Of a stretch of DNA of 64,000 nt, positions 15,167 to 27,902 are shown one piece after another. How positions within the stretch are numbered: the stretch's first letter is position 1; the number at the start of each line of letters is the position of its first letter. The stretch is from Vicugna vicugna (lineage: Eukaryota). Position numbers and translations under genes: made by a program. The stretch spans positions 7,716,407 to 7,780,406 of the forward strand of contig MU058584.1 of the NCBI GenBank assembly GCA_013265495.1, read 5' to 3'. Under the pieces are notes generated by a model, which was given only the letters and a program-made list of their open reading frames with translations, was not told where the DNA came from and ran no database searches.

Positions 15167-17030
15167 GTACTCAAAAAAATTTTTTTAATTGAAAAGAAAC
15201 CCATAGCTAGTTCCAGGGTGACACAGAATGTGAATGCGAAGGCATGTCCTGTCTCCTTACCACAGCCCGAGTCTGGAATATCACCAGTGCTCACTAGAGA
15301 TTTGTTGAATGAGGTGAATGAACGCCACCCTCCTCACCCCATCCTGAGTGTCTTATGGCTCCCGTCCACTCATACTAATTAAATAGGCATCTGGTCAGAG
15401 CATCAAAAAGGGAAGCCCCAGAAATTCACATGGAGGGATCTCCCCTGAGACCTTCAGGGAGTGGGTCTCAGCCTGGGTCCAGAACCAATCCTGGTTTCTG
15501 GAGTCTCTAACCCCTCCCATCACCACGAGGATCCCTGTTGTCTCCCACCTACAACCTGCTAAACCCATGGAAGTTCACCTTAAGAACTCCTCAACTCCCC
15601 CTCACCTCGCAGAAATCCACCACGACTGGTGCTGGGTGACACTCACGGACACTGCCCCCCAGGGGGCTTCCCACTTTGAGGGTGTGTGTGCAGTGGGCAC
15701 CTGCCCCCCAGTGGAGAGAGAGAACCCTTGGGAACACGAACAATTTCTTCGCCTGAAAATCTCAAGGCTCGCCCCCAGGGCTACTGCAGGCAGCACACGA
15801 GGCAGTGTCCCTAAAGCACTCGGCACAGTGCCCCACTCACAGCGACAGCCAAGCGTCAGCCCCCGTTAGGGACCAGCCTTCGCGTCAGGGGAGAGATGCT
15901 GACGGAGCCCTTTCACTGGGCTGACTACAGATCCAGAGATGAGTAAGTCAGATGCCACCTACACGGAAGAGTGGGCGGACGGGACAGGTACCAGCCGCGG
16001 AACGAGTGTCAGAGACGAGGGCAAAGTCCTTGTGAGCGGAGGTGGGACGTCACCTGCGGGCTGGGGGAGGGGTGAGCAGAGATGGGGCGAGGGGATGATT
16101 CAAGAGACAGTGGCATCGGCCCTGGATCTGGAAGATCTTATTTCCACCAGCGGGAGAAGAGCCAGGGAAGCAAACACGCAGAGACTGAGCGTGCGGGAAG
16201 TGCTTGAAGAACGTCAAGGAATCAGGCCGGCAGGAGCCCGGGGCTTCGGTGGGAGGGAACCGAGGAGGTGGGTGGACCCAGCCCGAGTACCGAGGGCCGG
16301 AAGGCAGGAGCCCGGAGGGGACGTGCCAGGTTTACAAGCACAGGAGTGGTAGGGTCGGGGCTGTGTTTAAGAGTCAAGCACCAATCCTCAGACACCCTGG
16401 ACAGGCAAGTAGGTAAGACGTGCGCGGAGGGGGCCGAGCAGAGACAGGATTGATTGGCAGTTGCTGCAGAACCAACAAGGAGCATTCTAGTCACTCAGTC
16501 TGGTTGAACTTATTGAGACAGGTTCTCCCCTGCTACCGAGCGCCTCCTAGTCCCAGGTTTGCTCTGGGTCTCAGTGCACCGTGCCATCCGAGGCATTAAG
16601 TCTCTAGGCACCAGCCTGGCAGAGTGGGAGGCGGGGAAGGAAAGCGTTGATGACAAGTGAGAGCCCAACCTCCCCAACCCCGGACTTCAGCGTGTATAGA
16701 ATTTCATAGTTGCAATATTCAAGTGCGGCCACTAGGTGGAAGGCAAGAGCAGCAGCTTCCTCCGCCTGGCCAATAGGCTGAGCCCGGGAGACCCGGCTCT
16801 GGGCGGACCCTACCCCGGAGGGCACAGACCCATTGCTCCTGCCGGGAAGGGGGTCTCAGGTACCTCTCCCTCACCCTCACCCTCACCCCCATCCCCACCT
16901 CTACCCTCTCCCTTTCCCTCACGCTCACCCTTAGTCTCACCCTCACTTGGGCTGATCCTCCACCAGTGAGTGTGTGTGGGTGTGTCTGCGTGGAAGAGAG
17001 TTGCCCTCACTGATTGGAAGGATAAGGAGG

Positions 17031-17512
17031 TGTAGGGGGGGCAGAATTTTACCTTTGCCATCTGAGGGTTTGGGCCTGGGCCTGGGAATTAAATCGGCAG
17101 ACAGATTAACAGGAGAAAAATCATACAAATCTATGTGCTGTAGGCTTTATGTGACGCGAGAGCCTTCATTAGGAAGTGAAGACCCAAAGTGGCAAAACCT
17201 GAGTGTTCAGTAGGTTAAGCAGAGGCAGTTGTTGGAAAGTAGCTAACCTGTGGGGAGGCTGAAGGAGGGTAAGAATTGTTTTAACAAGGCCTGTTTGTAC
17301 AGAATTCTCTCAGCTTCAGCTTCTTGTTCTTGGTGATAAGAATGTTGCTTTCCTCCTGGTATTAGGAGGACCTCTTCTGTATGGGGTTTTATCTCCTGTC
17401 TTTATGAAGAAAAGGAGGAGGGTCAGAGCACCCTTCTTGCACCTGCTCCTTTTTCAAAAGTGTCTTAGCTGAAAATGATGCTGAGGCCAAAGTGCGTATT
17501 TGGGTGTGCTGC
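17031..17512 (-). mobile_element. Solo ERV1-class LTR (MER34/MER39-like)
   Basis: The right end read on minus resembles the remembered MER34-family start (CCAAAATATGCCACTTTGGC...TTTTGAGCTGAAGGCA); TGTAGGGG terminus at 17031. No TSD found. Confidence 0.6.
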
Positions 17513-20500
17513 ACAGGAACCCGGGATCCCCGTTCTGTTAGGACACCAGGCCGGTACTCACCTCATTTCCTTGCCTGCCACACAGACTCCTTCACATCTG
17601 ATGCAGCCCCTAGAGTGAGCCGAGAGCACGATGGCCTGCACGTGTGTGCTGCTTCCTTCTGGAGAGAAAGAATGTACCTCGAGGGAGTGGAATGCACTGT
17701 CTCTGTGTCTTCCTTACTCCTCCAAGTCAGGGACCTGGTAGCCCTGCAGCCAGCTGGAGGGCCTGGCCCCTGGGCACAGGTGCAAAGGTCCTACCACTTG
17801 GCTCCCTTCCTCTCAGGGTGGAACTTTGAACGTCCACCTTCCAAGTGGCTTCTCTGTCCTGCCTAGGGGCAGACTCATGGCAGGGGCGGGTGGGTGTCTT
17901 GTGTGTCTGGAGCAGCATACCTTAATGAATACACAGAGACAGCGGGGAGATAGGGTGGGGTGGGGGGCAGGTTGGGGGTGCGGCTCAGAGACGGAAAGAC
18001 AGGGAGAGGGAGACACACAGCAAATGCTAACAGGGAAGAAAAACAGAAAAATGAAGACAGGGAAATGAGGCCTAAACATTTCCCCATGTGTACATCTGGG
18101 GGCGGCTTCTTTACTGGGCACGACTTTCGCCTGCTGTTTCCAGGCATCTACGCACAACTCCTCTGAGGCCTTGAAAGAGGACGGTGAACCAGATAGTTGG
18201 ATAATTGAGGCCAAAGAGGTGACTCAGAGCTCACGGCCAGGACTTGGGGGTGGGGCGGGGTGGCGATCGGAGCCCCCCTGCCTGCCGCACGGCTGGCTGT
18301 AAGCGAGTCCGCGCTGGGGTGTAAAGCGCCCCCCAACACACACACACCATTCCTGACCCCAGCCCCTCACTCCTCTCCTTGATCTGGCTTTGTTGGCGAA
18401 GCTCCGGGGAAGACACTGCGCAGCAGCGGAGACAAAAGGGGCGGGGAGCAGAGATCGGAGGCCACGTCCACCTTCCTCATCCCCGAGAACCATCTTTACT
18501 GTTTCTCTCTCACTGACCCTCAGTTTTTGAAAGTGCACGACTGCCACGGAAGCTGCGTCGCATATTCTGCATATTCCATTCCTGCCCCTGTTTTTGTTGC
18601 TCAAACACGTGTAACAACCATAAGTTTTAAAGCGAAGTCATGATGAAAACCACTGAACTGAAATTATGATATAAATATAAATAATGCAATAAAAACCGAG
18701 GTTAGTAAGTCTGGATGGTGGGCACATGGCTGTCAATGGTTTCATGTATGTTTGAAATTTTTCCTAGTCAACAGTGAGAGTATTTTTTCAAACTAGGGTC
18801 AGCTTTGTTCTTTAATTGAGATGGTTGGTATTGTCAGAAAGCAGGAAATTGCGGCATTATCATGGGGTTTTGTTTTTTTTTAATTTGCAAATAGTTCTCT
18901 GACCACTACTTTTTGGATTCTGAGGGCTGTAGGAATCCTTATGCCCTGAGATGCATCCTAAGAGCCCATTCTCCCCCAGAGGGAAGGGGGAGAGTGGACT
19001 CATTTCTTTGACCCTTCATCTAAAGAACTTTCTGGCTGTGGGAAGCGAAATAAATGTGCTGTTGGGCAATTGTCTTACCCTTGCTGGGCTACAGGTTCCT
19101 CACCGTGTTCACTGACAGGTTGAGGCAGTTGGCCTGTGAGGTGCGTCTCGCTGAAGGCAGGGGTTGGGGGAGGGGAGGAGCAGAGGGAAGACGGGAGGCA
19201 GGTTTGTCATTGCCCCTCGAATAACGCTTGTGACGACTATTTTTAAAGCCACCATCTGCTGCTTACATGTTTCAGTTTTTATGTGGACAGGTGTGTGTGT
19301 GTATACGTGTGTGTGAGAGAGAAAGAGAGGGGGAGATGGAGGGGCAGGGGGAGGAAGAGAGAGAAACATAGTTCTTTTCTTTCCGAAAGATCCAAGGAGG
19401 CCAAGGACTTGGGCCACGAGCCAGAGTTGAGGGACCTCGGTGGATGTTGAGCTCAGGTATGAGGGTGTTCCCAGTTGTGAAGGGCTTCTGGGACCCAGCT
19501 GAGCTCTGCGTCACCCCTTGACTTAGGCTACAGAAGGGTGCTCTCACTCTCCTGTCACCACGGCCACCTGCTGTCCTGGGGACAGCTGCTGGGAAACGAG
19601 AGCCCCAGGAACATTTCAGAGCTTCTCTTCTCAGTGGCTCTGACTCTGCAGATGAGAGAGCGCGGGGCCTGTGCTCTGAACCACTGGGCATTCCTGCTGG
19701 TGCGCTGAGTGGGCTGTAAGGAAACCGAGAGTGAGAAGGCAGTGCTGCCGAAGGAGAAGGCCCTGGTGTCAGGGCTGGGAAAGGGAGCGAGACAGGAGGG
19801 AGGCAGCTGAGGCCCAGGGCACAGGCAGCCCCAAACTGCCTGCATCCACGTCTTTGTGGACCATCCAGGCAGCTGCCTCCCACATGTGCAGACACCCCCG
19901 GGGCCCTCGCCCTCCTCTCCAAATGAGGCGAGGGAGAGGCTCTTGGAGACAAGGCTTTGACAGTGAGTCTTAGATGGAGTCACCGCCACAGTCCTGGCGG
20001 AGGTGACAGAGGCCACGCACCAGAGACTGGTTTTCACTTCCACATAGAAAGTGTGGGCAGGATGAGAGTTGGTCTCTGTCCTTTGGCCACAGAGACCAGC
20101 AGCCGCAGGGAGTGGGAGGCCCAGAGCATTTCTGTGGTTGACCCAGTCGAGTTTCTCATAGAGCCAGGCCAGGCTGCCTCCCAGCCAGGGCTTTTCCCCA
20201 GCAGGGATTTGTCGCACAGAAACGTCCTGTAGCGCACCCCTGAAGACAGCGTTAGTGTGATAGTGGTTGTCACGTTCGTGTCTTGTGTTTTAGGTGTTTA
20301 TGTACGTATATATGTTAGTTATGTCTACATTTATACCGTTTAAAACGCTTACAATGACTCGTTCATTCAGCCAATATATGTTGAATCCCTGCTGTGTGCC
20401 GATTCTGAGACGGGTTCTGGATTCCCATCCCATTTCAGGTCGGTGGTGTGCATCAGTCCTTCCCTTCAAAGCTAATATTTGTCACTGTGGGTGGTTGATC

Positions 20501-23297
20501 GGTATAAACAGGAGGACGCCTTAGGAGAATGCAGGGTAGTTTCCGTGGTGATCATGAGCTTTCAAAGCTTGAGAGTCAATGGGAAAGAAATCATTAAAAG
20601 AGTTCTTGGTGGTGAGAAAATTGAAAGTCAGCCTCTTACATAGCCCAAGTTATGTGAGGTGTGTTCTTGCTCTTAAAGAACTCTCAGCCTGGTAGAGGAA
20701 ACAAATATATTTTAAAAAGAAGAAAGAGAAGGGGAATGCAAATTGCAACAAGAGTGGCCAAATCCATGATGGACCCAGAGCAGCAGACGCCCAGGTTGGG
20801 AGGGTCAGGAGACAGATTTTCTGAGAAAGAAACACCTAAGTTTCATGGTAAAGAGTAAGGAGTTTACAAGGCCAGATAGGGCAATATGTGTAATGTTTTC
20901 CCCTCGGATTCTGAAGGATGATGGCCATCATGGTTTGGGACCCCGGAGTCACCCACTCAGCTGTCCTTAGCCTGGCGAGCTCCTGCCGCGCACCTTGCAG
21001 ATGTCAGCAGGTTACGTTTGTTGCTCGATTTGCAAGGAGCCAGGTAGTTCCTGTCCCTGCAGGGTCTAGTTGTATTCTTATACAGAAATCAGAAGTCCAG
21101 AAAAGGTGAGGGCATCAACTACAGGAAACACTAGCATTTGCTTCTAACTCTAGTAGAAGCGAACTTGCCTGAGGATTCTCCCCTCCCCCAACACACCTGT
21201 CCGAGTCTTCCTCATCCTTTCAGACCAAGCACTGATGCTACTTCCAAAAGCCCTTCCAGATTCCTCTAATGGGATGTGGTCTCTCTCTTTGCCAAAGGCC
21301 TGGAAGCATCCTCGCTTCTTCAGTGATATCTATAGAGCATCCAGCCTTGAATCGCAGTCTCAGAGGAGGGTCTTAGTCTCAGAACTCCAAGAAGTGGGAG
21401 GCAGAGGGAAAAGCCTAGGCCCCAGGGGATTCCACCCCCAGGCTCTTGGGAGGATAAGGTAGAGGGTTAGATGGGCCCAGAAGCCGAGGAGTCAGCACAC
21501 GGGGCGTCCTCTCTGCCTCCCTCCACCCGCCCAGCCCCAGACAGCCTAGCCACTGCGGGCCGTCCTCACCTACCCGAAGGGTATTTGCCAGGTCATTCTT
21601 CCAAGTTGCTGCACAGTGTTCCTAGGTTGGAATGTCCACCCCCATCCTTGCTCACCCCTCCAGCAACTCCCTAAGCACAGTTTGTTCTTTCAACCCTCCT
21701 GACTGTTCCTTCAATGCTCACCCCCTCAATGTGAGCTCAGTTACCCTTTTCCAGGTCCCTGTGGCCTCCAGACATCTCTGTTTTTGTGCCTCCAACACCG
21801 ACCCACTTGTTGATACACAATCTGCTGGGTGGTGGGCCTTCTGAGGTCAGAAGCTGTGTCTTACTTATCTCAGTGTCCCCGGTACCTAATGAATGGACAA
21901 ATCAGCGAGTCTAGATTCTTCCCCAGCCTTCCCTGGGGCCAGACACTCCCGCATTCATCTCTGTGACCCCATCCCAGCACCCGCCACGTGGTGGCTTCAC
22001 AGTGAAGCTTTGTTGTCAGGTGAATGAATCCAGTCGTTCCCACTCATACTTGAACATGCCAGCCCACCGCGTGGTGAGACTGAGCTGATTCTTGTAAAAA
22101 TGGCCTATAAAAATGAAATGTATTTCAAATATTTGTCAAAAGAATCCAACTTTGTGCATAGCTTTCAGTCCTCAGACCCCCAATAATGCCTCACTCAAGT
22201 GCCACATGCCTGTCACGGGACTGACTGGCAAAGGTCACCTTAGGAGCGCCGCGCCCCAGGCACTCCCCACGCTGCACAGATCCGTTCCTCCTCTTCCTGT
22301 TCCGCACACCTCCCAGGGCAGCAGGGGCAGGTCAGGGCACACACGCAGAGATAGGTCACCAAGTTCCCTCCCCTCCTCCTCTCCCCTGTAGTCTACGTAT
22401 TCTACACCCCCTGTGAGCCCATCTCCCGACTCTGATGTGAGTGTGAATGGGGAAGTTGCCATTTGCTCCCTAACCCAGCCTTTGCCTGCGATGCGAATGA
22501 GACCCCTATGCTGCAGGTGCCAGTGCTCCGAAGCCCGCCCCACCCTTCCACCCCTTGGCAGAGGTGGCATCAGCGAGAACTCAGTGTTTGCAGTGAGCGG
22601 ACGGGGCGCCCCCTCTCCCTGCGCTGGCCTCTGTCCTCGGAGGAGGGAGGGGCTCAGGACCCACACGCCAGCTCCACTTCTGCCAAGGGCTTCCCTGGTG
22701 GCTCTCGGGAGGTGCAGAAGGGACCAATGGGGCTGGACAGTGTAGGCTTGAGAGCCAATGGCGGGCCAGAGTGAAGGTGTGAGAAAAGAGGATAGTATTT
22801 CAGAGGTACCAGTAAAAGGAGGTTCACAGAAGACAAGTGTTCATTTTTCTCAGGCTGTCGGAAGTCCTGAGCTTGTCTGCACGAGGGAGCTTTTGTATGA
22901 AATGTGGAAAGTGTGCCGCCTAACTTGAGTGGCAGCCTCTCAGACTGCATGCTTGAGTTGGACAGAGCGACCTTCCTGGATTTCTGCCCCCAGCCCCGTC
23001 CCCCTCTGCCAGCTGTCTTACACCTGTACCTGGGGATGCAGCGGCCCCAGGCCACCACCTAGTCTGTGACTCATCCCCTCCTGCCTAAACCCTCTCTGAA
23101 CTGAACAGCTGCAGCCAAGCCTGGGTTCACTGTCCACCCAGGATGGGGCTGAAACTGGAGCGTCCACCTCTGTTTCTTGGAGGGAATCAAGGAGCCACTG
23201 TTACCTGTCTCACCACGCCACCTTTCCCCACTTCCTTGCTGCCCCAGATACCCCACCGTCTGTCTCCTCACCTCTCTCTGTCTCTCTCTCCCCGCAG

Positions 23298-23372
23298 GCC
23301 GGGAGGACCCAGAGAGACCCCGTGCTGATCAGAAACAAGCAGCTGTGCTCCACGTGCCAAGAAAAGAAAATG
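23298..23372 (+). CDS. C1orf105: C1orf105 ortholog, coding exon 4 (AGRTQRDPVLIRNKQLCSTCQEKKM)
   Basis: Long CT tract then CCCGCAG|G acceptor; ATG|GTAGGC donor; 75 nt; carries the LCSTCQE motif. Confidence 0.88.
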
Positions 23373-24834
23373 GTAGGCCAAGGGGTTGACAGGTGTGGGC
23401 GTGGGCACCCCCAGGGCCAGCAGAGAGAGTTGGTGATGGGAGCCCCGTGTAGGGAGGGCTGTGAATGAGCTGGCCTTGGGAGCACCGTCACCTGACATGA
23501 TACCATAAACCTCCCCGTTTTCAACACCAAAAGTGAACCAAGGCAGATTGGTCTAGAGGGGATGGGACGAGAAGAGCCACTCTGCCTGGGGCCCTTGGGT
23601 AACTGCACCCTGCAGAGGTGCCAGAGGTCACAGACCTTCTTCTCCCCTTAACATGTTTCCAGCAGGCGCACACAATGCCGTCTGCCTCCAGCATCACAGC
23701 CATGAAACCAGCTGCTTCCTCTCGGGGTTGTCATAAATTCAGTCACCACCTCAGGGAGAAGGCTGGGGAGAGATTCTCTGGTACTTTCTGGCTATAGGGG
23801 TTGCCTGCAATGAGGGGGGGATGGGGAAGGAGGTATAGGGGCAGGGGAGGTTCAGGAAAGAAGGGTTATCAAAGGGATGCGGGCAACACAGGGACAAAAT
23901 TCTGCCATTTGTCAGAGTTGCTAAAGAAAGAGAAGCATTTCGGGAGGCATGTCCATGCTGTGTGGGGACTTGGGTCAGTTTAAGAAGTAGGGTTAGGGGC
24001 CATCGGAGGACACATCAGGCTTCAGTGGAAGGTTAATTTAGCTAAATGGTTAGATTTGGGTTTGGGGAGGGTCTCTGAGGCTCTAATAGCCTGTGATTCT
24101 CCTTTGACTCGGGGAAGAAGAGCGAGGAGTGGAAGAGAAACAGGAAACACGAGAGGCCCCTTTGATGAGTTCCTGGCAAAAGTGCTTCCACCCAGAAAGC
24201 GCTTCTCTGGGTTTGTGAAACTTTTGTGTGGGGTTTGGAAATGTAACCGAAGCCACCGAGCAGAGTGTCCCTGGGCGTTACAGTCTCTGTTCGCGTTCTG
24301 CATAATTAGGACCACAGTGTTCCATACCAGCATGGACCGGAGCCTGGGACACTGGGCTGGGGGTTTCTCCTGGTCCGGTTCCTGGAATCCCTGGTGTCCA
24401 CATTTGGAATGCGCTGAGCCTGGGCTGAGCGGGCCCCGGCCAGCTGGCTCGCTCGGCGCCCCGGCAGCCGCTCTCTTTCTCAGGACCTCTTTGCTGACCT
24501 TTGCTCTTGCTGGAACCTGCCTGGAGTGGAAGCACACACGGTGGTTTATCGTTCTCCGTAGTTGCCAAAAGGAAGGGCCTCAGACACCAAGGTGTCCAAG
24601 GGCCCATCCCTGCTGCCATCCGAGCCGGGGCACACAGAGCCTGGCGGGAAAGTGGGAGGGGACAGAATGAGTGTGAAGTCTGCTCGCCTGACTCTGTGCA
24701 GTTGCACCTCCACTTCCTTCTGGGGTGGGGACCTGGGGGGAGCTGCTCATCTGCTCTGCCCACTGGGACCCCTCCGTCCTCAACAGGGGGTTGAATGGAG
24801 ATGCTGGGAAAGGTATAAAAAGACTCCTGAAAAA

Positions 24835-25270
24835 GAAGCTTGATATAGGGTATCTACAGAAACCCCACAACTAACGTCAAACTCAGTGGTGAAAGACTAT
24901 TTTCCCCTAAGATCAGGATCAAGATCAAGGTGTCCCCTTGCCACTTCTGTTCACGATTGTACTGTACTGTCTAGTCAGCTAAGGCAAGAAAAAGAAATTA
25001 AAAAAAAAACAGATTAGAAAGGAAAACATAAAACTATATTTGCAGGTGACGTGATTTTATATATAGATAGAAAGTCCTAAGGGATCCACAGAAAAATCTA
25101 CCAGAGCTAATAAAGGAGTGCGGCAGAGTTACAGGACACAAGATCAATGTACAGGAAAATTATTTCTATATATTAGCAATGGACAATCCAAAAATGAAAT
25201 TAGGAAAATGATTCAATTTATAATAGCATCAAAAATTAAGAGTACTTAGGAATAAATTTAACCAAGAGAA
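24835..25270 (+). mobile_element. LINE-1 ORF2 reverse-transcriptase fragment, degenerate
   Basis: Remnants of FPLRSGTRQGCPL, FADD (TTTGCAGGTGAC) and KYLGINLT (TACTTAGGAATAAATTTAACC). Confidence 0.88.
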
Positions 25271-25394
25271 GGGAGAAAATGCTGTGTGGATGACTCATAT
25301 TACATGCAACTCGAGCTTGCTGAGGTGGTGCGTTCTTTCTTTAAATCAGCCTGCAGTTTGGGGGCCTTGTCCTACATGAGACTTTCTTCCATAG

Positions 25395-25462
25395 GTACGA
25401 CCAACAACTGTGGTGATCCCAGATGACCTGAAACTACCCTTTGCAAATTTAATGGGTCGTAG
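25395..25462 (+). CDS. C1orf105: C1orf105 ortholog, coding exon 5 (VRPTTVVIPDDLKLPFANLMGR)
   Basis: TTTCTTCCATAG|G acceptor and TAG|GTAAGT donor; 68 nt, phase 0 to 2. Confidence 0.88.
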
Positions 25463-25644
25463 GTAAGTCAGAGATTTAAATCAGGACACAGCTTTAATTC
25501 TGGTTATATTCGTTTGGGGACACAGGATAATGGATTGAGAAACATAATCAGTAAAATGTTTAAGGAATGCTTAAGGGATGGGCCTTTGGAGTGGTTTTAT
25601 TTTCTGGTTAAACTACAGAGTTAAACCAAAAAAGTTGTTTTTAC

Positions 25645-27390
25645 CTTTTGGCTTGAATAGCTGTTGAAAGTACTGTCGAAATTATAACCTTCCTTTCCAC
25701 CTTCATAAGAACAGTGCAAGGAAAAGAAGATAGGCGATTTCTTTGATAACCTAGGCAGAACTCAGTACAGCTTATCCACGCAGATGACACATCTCATTCA
25801 TACAGTATGGGAGATTATACATAATCTGTCTTGGGTCTAGGACATTCTGTGCTACTTTAGAGTAAGAAAATTCCTGTTATCAATTTGTTTGGTTGTCATT
25901 TGCTGCTTTCTTATCAGGTATATCAGAAATCAAATCCAGTCAAAGTTTGATCACTTGGATTTCAGGGTTTGTTTTTTTTTTTCCTATGTTTAACCACCAG
26001 ACAGAGAAGAAAGACTCAGTTTTCACTTCATCAAAAAACTCAAAACATGGAGTGACCCCAGATAACACCCCACAATAGGCAGACGTGCCTTGCAGTAGAT
26101 GGTTGAAATGTAAACATACAGTCACCCTCACGTACGCCCAATCCAAAAAAGTTGTATGTGATCTAATGGCGGCCTTTAATTTTCCCCCCATACAGAGAGC
26201 AATAACGTGGGGAAATAAATAGGTCTTTTTGTGCACTTATGATGGACAGCAGTAGATGTTATGATTCTCTGTAAGAGCTCAGGGCCGTTTGTACAAACTA
26301 ATATGTAGACTCAGATGCATCAAAATCATGTACTGGCCCAAGTAGACAGGGTCGTGGAGGAAATGGGGACCCGAGCAGTACAAGCTTCAGCACTGATAAC
26401 ATTTACCTCCACCGACTCTTTATAAGTGCTCTTAATATCAGATCACAATAGAAGTAATTCTAATAAATATTCTTTACAGACTTTCAATGGAAAACTAAAC
26501 TATTTAAATTCAGGAATTTCTGAGCAAGAAGTTCGCTCTTCTGTGAAAAAGACTTTCGAAATTTTTTGTCCCGTTTTATTCATCTTTCAAGTTGGATACT
26601 TTGAAGACCCAAATCCTGGATCATTGATTGGTTTTATTTTAAACAAATGCCTCTTACTCTTTTAAAGGTTAAGACCAACGCTTGAACCAATCCTGAAATC
26701 ATGTCACCCCAGCCAGAACTATCATTAGATTGGTCTTTTTTTTTCAGTGTAGTGAAGGGAAATATACTACTTCTATTTGAGATTTAGCTAGTTTGAGTAT
26801 AAAGTAAGGTCCTGGTTCTGTTTGTAGCTTATAAAATCTGGCCTCACAGTATTTAAACCTCACTACATCTACAGGCAGATGGAATTGTCCTCACTGAAAC
26901 AATCGGGGGTTTTTTAAGTGACTTTAATTATAGTCAGTGTAAGAATTAAATAATATTTGTTGATTGGAAGGAATGAAGGAAAGAGGGGGAGGGAAGGAGG
27001 AAGGAAAAGAGAGAGGAGGTAAACATGAATGGATAGATATACATTTGTTGAATTATAGTTTAGACGGATCTTAAACTATTCATTCTTACAAAAACCACAT
27101 TCTTGTTTGCCCAAAATGGGTAATAGAAGGTATTTTTCATTTTTCTTAGTCTCGGTGAGTCCTCCAATGGCAACTGAATAAAATTAACTGGCTGGACTGG
27201 CCATATTTTTGGTAACAAAGTAAAAATAATCTCGGAAAATCTTTGTGGAGATAGATACCATGAAATGAGTGGAGAGAGAGCCCATCAAGTTCACAGATCG
27301 GACAGTCTTTAGAAATAAAGCAATTTAAACTAATGTAGAAATGTAGAAGAAGTTTGAGCTTTTGGTTGAGGGTCACTTCCACAGTTTTAG
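25645..27390 (-). pseudogene. Candidate large decayed exon (...FYSVAIGGLTETKKNEKYLLLPILGKQ...LPVDVVRFKYCEARFYKLQTEPGPYFILKLAKSQIEVVYFP...ARHVCLLWGVIWGHSMF...)
   Basis: TTCCTATTTCTCTTTGTAG|C acceptor and AAG|GTAAAA donor. The frame continues across a 125-bp insertion once that is removed. Multiple stops and frameshifts. Confidence 0.45.
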
Positions 27391-27834
27391 CTACAAAGAG
27401 AAATAGGAAGTGGTCAAAACATTTTCTCTAAAATTGAAACATTCTAACCAAAATATGCTCAGTTTTGCACTTGATGGTAGATTACTGATCTGGAAGAATT
27501 GTTACTTTTTTTTTTTTCTGGGAACTGAAGGATTCTCTCCTTAATCCCTTCTATTTTTAGACTGTACATGTTCTGACAGTGGAATAAAACATTTCTTAAA
27601 TGCAGGGTTTTTTTTTTTTTAATCAGAATCCATGTAAATACCATTAAGGAGAAAGAACTTCAAAAGCAGTGGTTGTTGGCCTGTCCCTGCTCACTGCTGC
27701 AAAGTGGTCTGAACGCCAGGTTAACAGGTGCTGGTTTCAAAAGACCATCTGCGTTTTAAAATGCATAAAGACACATTCCTTTCCCCCAAGCCCTAGCCGA
27801 GTGACTAATGTGTTTTCTTGCTCCTTCCAATCAG

Positions 27835-27902
27835 AACGATGCATCCTCATCCACCAAAAGCCCGGGCTCTACCCAAACGTTCTCATGATGACATCCCAAC
27901 AG
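27835..27902 (+). CDS. C1orf105: C1orf105 ortholog, coding exon 6 (TMHPHPPKARALPKRSHDDIPT)
   Basis: Branch-point-like ACTAAT, pyrimidine tract and AATCAG|A acceptor; CAG|GTTTGC donor; 68 nt, phase 2 to 1; HDDIPT motif. Confidence 0.85.

Noticed and set aside
19272..20217. 226-aa and 220-aa minus-strand ORFs
   Set aside because: GC-rich intronic DNA, overlapping in different frames, with no recognisable domain or exon structure.
24022..24870. Cluster of 96-204 aa ORFs on both strands
   Set aside because: GC-rich patch with several frames open at once and no recognisable product.
26290..26520. EFK*FS and PVHDF motifs suggesting a Schlafen/SAMD9 AlbA_2 domain
   Set aside because: The essential downstream AFxNxxGGxLxxGV or NxRxNGxIxFGV motif is absent.
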